Origin: an uncultured delta proteobacterium
GTDB lineage: Bacteria > Desulfobacterota > Desulfuromonadia > Geobacterales > Pseudopelobacteraceae
Direction of reading: 5' to 3'
DNA length: 64,000 nt
Assembly (NCBI GenBank): GCA_963772835.1
Contig: CAVYYZ010000011.1
Coordinates: forward strand, 320,001-384,000
In this document: positions 62,526 through 64,000 of the stretch, in pieces
How positions within the stretch are numbered: the stretch's first letter is position 1
Layout of the letters: every line of letters starts with the position of its first letter
Notes under the pieces: model-generated
What the model saw: the letters and a program-made list of their open reading frames with translations, nothing else
What the model was told of the DNA's origin: nothing
Database searches by the model: none
Position numbers and translations under genes: made by a program

Positions 62526-63269
62526 ATGGAATGGTACCCGACACCAAGTTATCTGACGAAGCGGCGTGTTATTCTGGAATATCTGGAAAAGTGCCCCGGC
62601 ACGCGCATCCTTGAGGTAGGGTGCGGATGTGGAGACCTGCTGCATGTACTTGAACGCAGGGGATATTCAGGAGTGGGCATTGATATTTCTGAAGATGCGC
62701 TGGCGGTCGCACGTGCCGGTTTCGTAGGCAATCGCATACAAGTTGCGTGCTGTACCCCCGAAGATCTTCCGAATACGTTCGATATAGTAATCGCATCGGA
62801 AGTCATGGAGCATCATCAGGATGATATATATTTTCTTTCTCAATTGCGGAATCGTTTATGTGATCGGGGTCAACTGCTACTGACTGTTCCCGCGCATATG
62901 AAAAAGTGGGGCCCGAACGATGATCTCTGCGGTCACGTCCGGCGTTATGGACGTGACGATTTGTATGCGACCTTTCAGGCAGCGGGCTTTGATGATATCG
63001 TAATCTATTCCTATGGTGTTCCGATTTACAATCTAATGAAGCCGTTTTACGATGCGGCAATACGTGAAAAGGCATCTCCGACGGCAGCTCAAATGGAAAA
63101 AACCTCGGAAAGCGGTGGAATGCGACTGATGAACGGTGCGGGTCGACTATTCAGGATACTCTTCAATGATGTGACCATGTTTCCCCTGTATATGTTGCAG
63201 CGATTGTTTTACAACACAGACCTCGGAATGGGATATTTTGTTGCTGCCAGAAAAAAGGAGCAGATGTGA
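62526..63269 (+). CDS. Class I SAM-dependent methyltransferase
   Basis: ILEVGCGCG, GIDIS, SEVMEH, LTVPA...GH.RRY. Confidence 0.85.
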   Translation: MEWYPTPSYLTKRRVILEYLEKCPGTRILEVGCGCGDLLHVLERRGYSGVGIDISEDALAVARAGFVGNRIQVACCTPEDLPNTFDIVIASEVMEHHQDDIYFLSQLRNRLCDRGQLLLTVPAHMKKWGPNDDLCGHVRRYGRDDLYATFQAAGFDDIVIYSYGVPIYNLMKPFYDAAIREKASPTAAQMEKTSESGGMRLMNGAGRLFRILFNDVTMFPLYMLQRLFYNTDLGMGYFVAARKKEQM

Positions 63270-64000
63270 AGCGTGAGCGAAACAAATCTTATTACAGACT
63301 AGATCTGTTTTTGATCCTCTCGTTTGTTATCCCGTTCGGCATTTTTATGCTGACGCTGGCTCCTTCGGTCACTTTTTTTGACAGCGGTGAATTTCTGACT
63401 GCAATTGCCTCCCTTGGTTCTGCGCATTCACCCGGTTATCCATTGTTTCTCATGTACTCAAAGCCGTTTACCTGGATTCCTCTGGGTAATATTGCATTCA
63501 GGATCAATATGGCGACCGCTTTTTCATCCTCTCTGGCATGTTTGTCAGTGTACCTGTTAACGCTAAAGCTGTTGAATAACGAACAACTCGTCGAAAATAA
63601 ACATTTTTCCCGTTTTGCTGTCAAAGCATCCGGATTAGCGGCAGCACTTTCTTTTTCAGTTACCCCTCGTCTCTGGCTTCAGTCTAATCATGACAAGCCG
63701 TATCCGCTGCTTGCCTTCATTTCAGCAATAATATTCTATCTTTTGCTGATGTGGCGTGATCACTATAAAAACGGAGACGAACGTCCATCGTATGTGTATG
63801 TCTGTACATTTCTGGCCGGACTTTCCATGGCTCTTCATCAGTCGATTGTACTATTGCTGCCCGCATGGTTTCTGATGATAGTGCTGACCGACTGGCGCAT
63901 GATCATGCGCGTCAAGGAACTCATTATCGCCACGGCTTTCGCTCTGCTCGGGTTCTCGGTTAATCTTTATCTGCCGATTCGGGCTCTACGTAATCCACTT
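63266..64000 (+). CDS. DUF2723 (TMEM260-like, GT-C fold) membrane protein, partial; missing from the ORF track
   Basis: Hand translation from GTG 63266: ...TLAPSVTFFDSGEFLTAIASLGSAHSPGYPL...; runs off the window. Confidence 0.82.
   Translation, partial: MKRERNKSYYRLDLFLILSFVIPFGIFMLTLAPSVTFFDSGEFLTAIASLGSAHSPGYPLFLMYSKPFTWIPLGNIAFRINMATAFSSSLACLSVYLLTLKLLNNEQLVENKHFSRFAVKASGLAAALSFSVTPRLWLQSNHDKPYPLLAFISAIIFYLLLMWRDHYKNGDERPSYVYVCTFLAGLSMALHQSIVLLLPAWFLMIVLTDWRMIMRVKELIIATAFALLGFSVNLYLPIRALRNPL

Noticed and set aside
311..63624. The many short ORFs antisense or out of frame within long genes (e.g. 21905-22591, 35196-35927, 58997-59578)
   Set aside because: They are shadow ORFs overlapping well-supported genes and have no motifs of their own.
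1..64000. CRISPR arrays, rRNA genes, transposases, integrases or prophage genes
   Set aside because: None recognised in this window.

Overview
The window looks like Geobacteraceae/Desulfuromonadia-type chromosomal DNA, inferred from gene content and gene order. Most of it (8.4-64 kb) is housekeeping or common accessory genes: tRNA-Gln, ispE, cysE, lpxC, AsmA-like, CorC/HlyC, TPR lipoprotein, oppABC-like, DUF294-CBS, DUF815 ATPase, TRAP dctPQM, sigma54 regulator, PilT-like, DUF4388, CcsA-like, aguAB, PilZ, FemAB-like, ispG, proS, class I fumarase, recC, yicC-gmk-rpoZ-relA/spoT-ridA, rpmB, thrC, murJ, mazG, recG, ribF and a DUF2723 protein. The standout is the left 7.4 kb, just downstream of tRNA-Gln: a minus-strand RiPP-type gene cluster. 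In order it encodes a lasso-B2-type leader peptidase, a PqqD/RRE, a 32-aa precursor absent from the ORF track (6352-6450, MKPYEKPSFVCHKPLETVSA-TYYYYTYYYYYY), an HPr-kinase-like protein, a nucleotidyltransferase, a B12-binding radical SAM protein with two CxxxCxxC motifs, and an AsnB-type amidotransferase that runs off the window. The predicted 12-aa core has 10 Tyr and 2 Thr and no Asp/Glu, so it cannot form a canonical lasso ring and is a candidate new poly-tyrosine RiPP class. Secondary points are a DARS-like DnaA-box cluster between murJ and mazG, an AbrB/MazE-like domain fused to RecG, and a hairpin-rich unexplained intergenic region near 37.2-37.7 kb. All family calls come from motif recognition by eye; no database searches were run.
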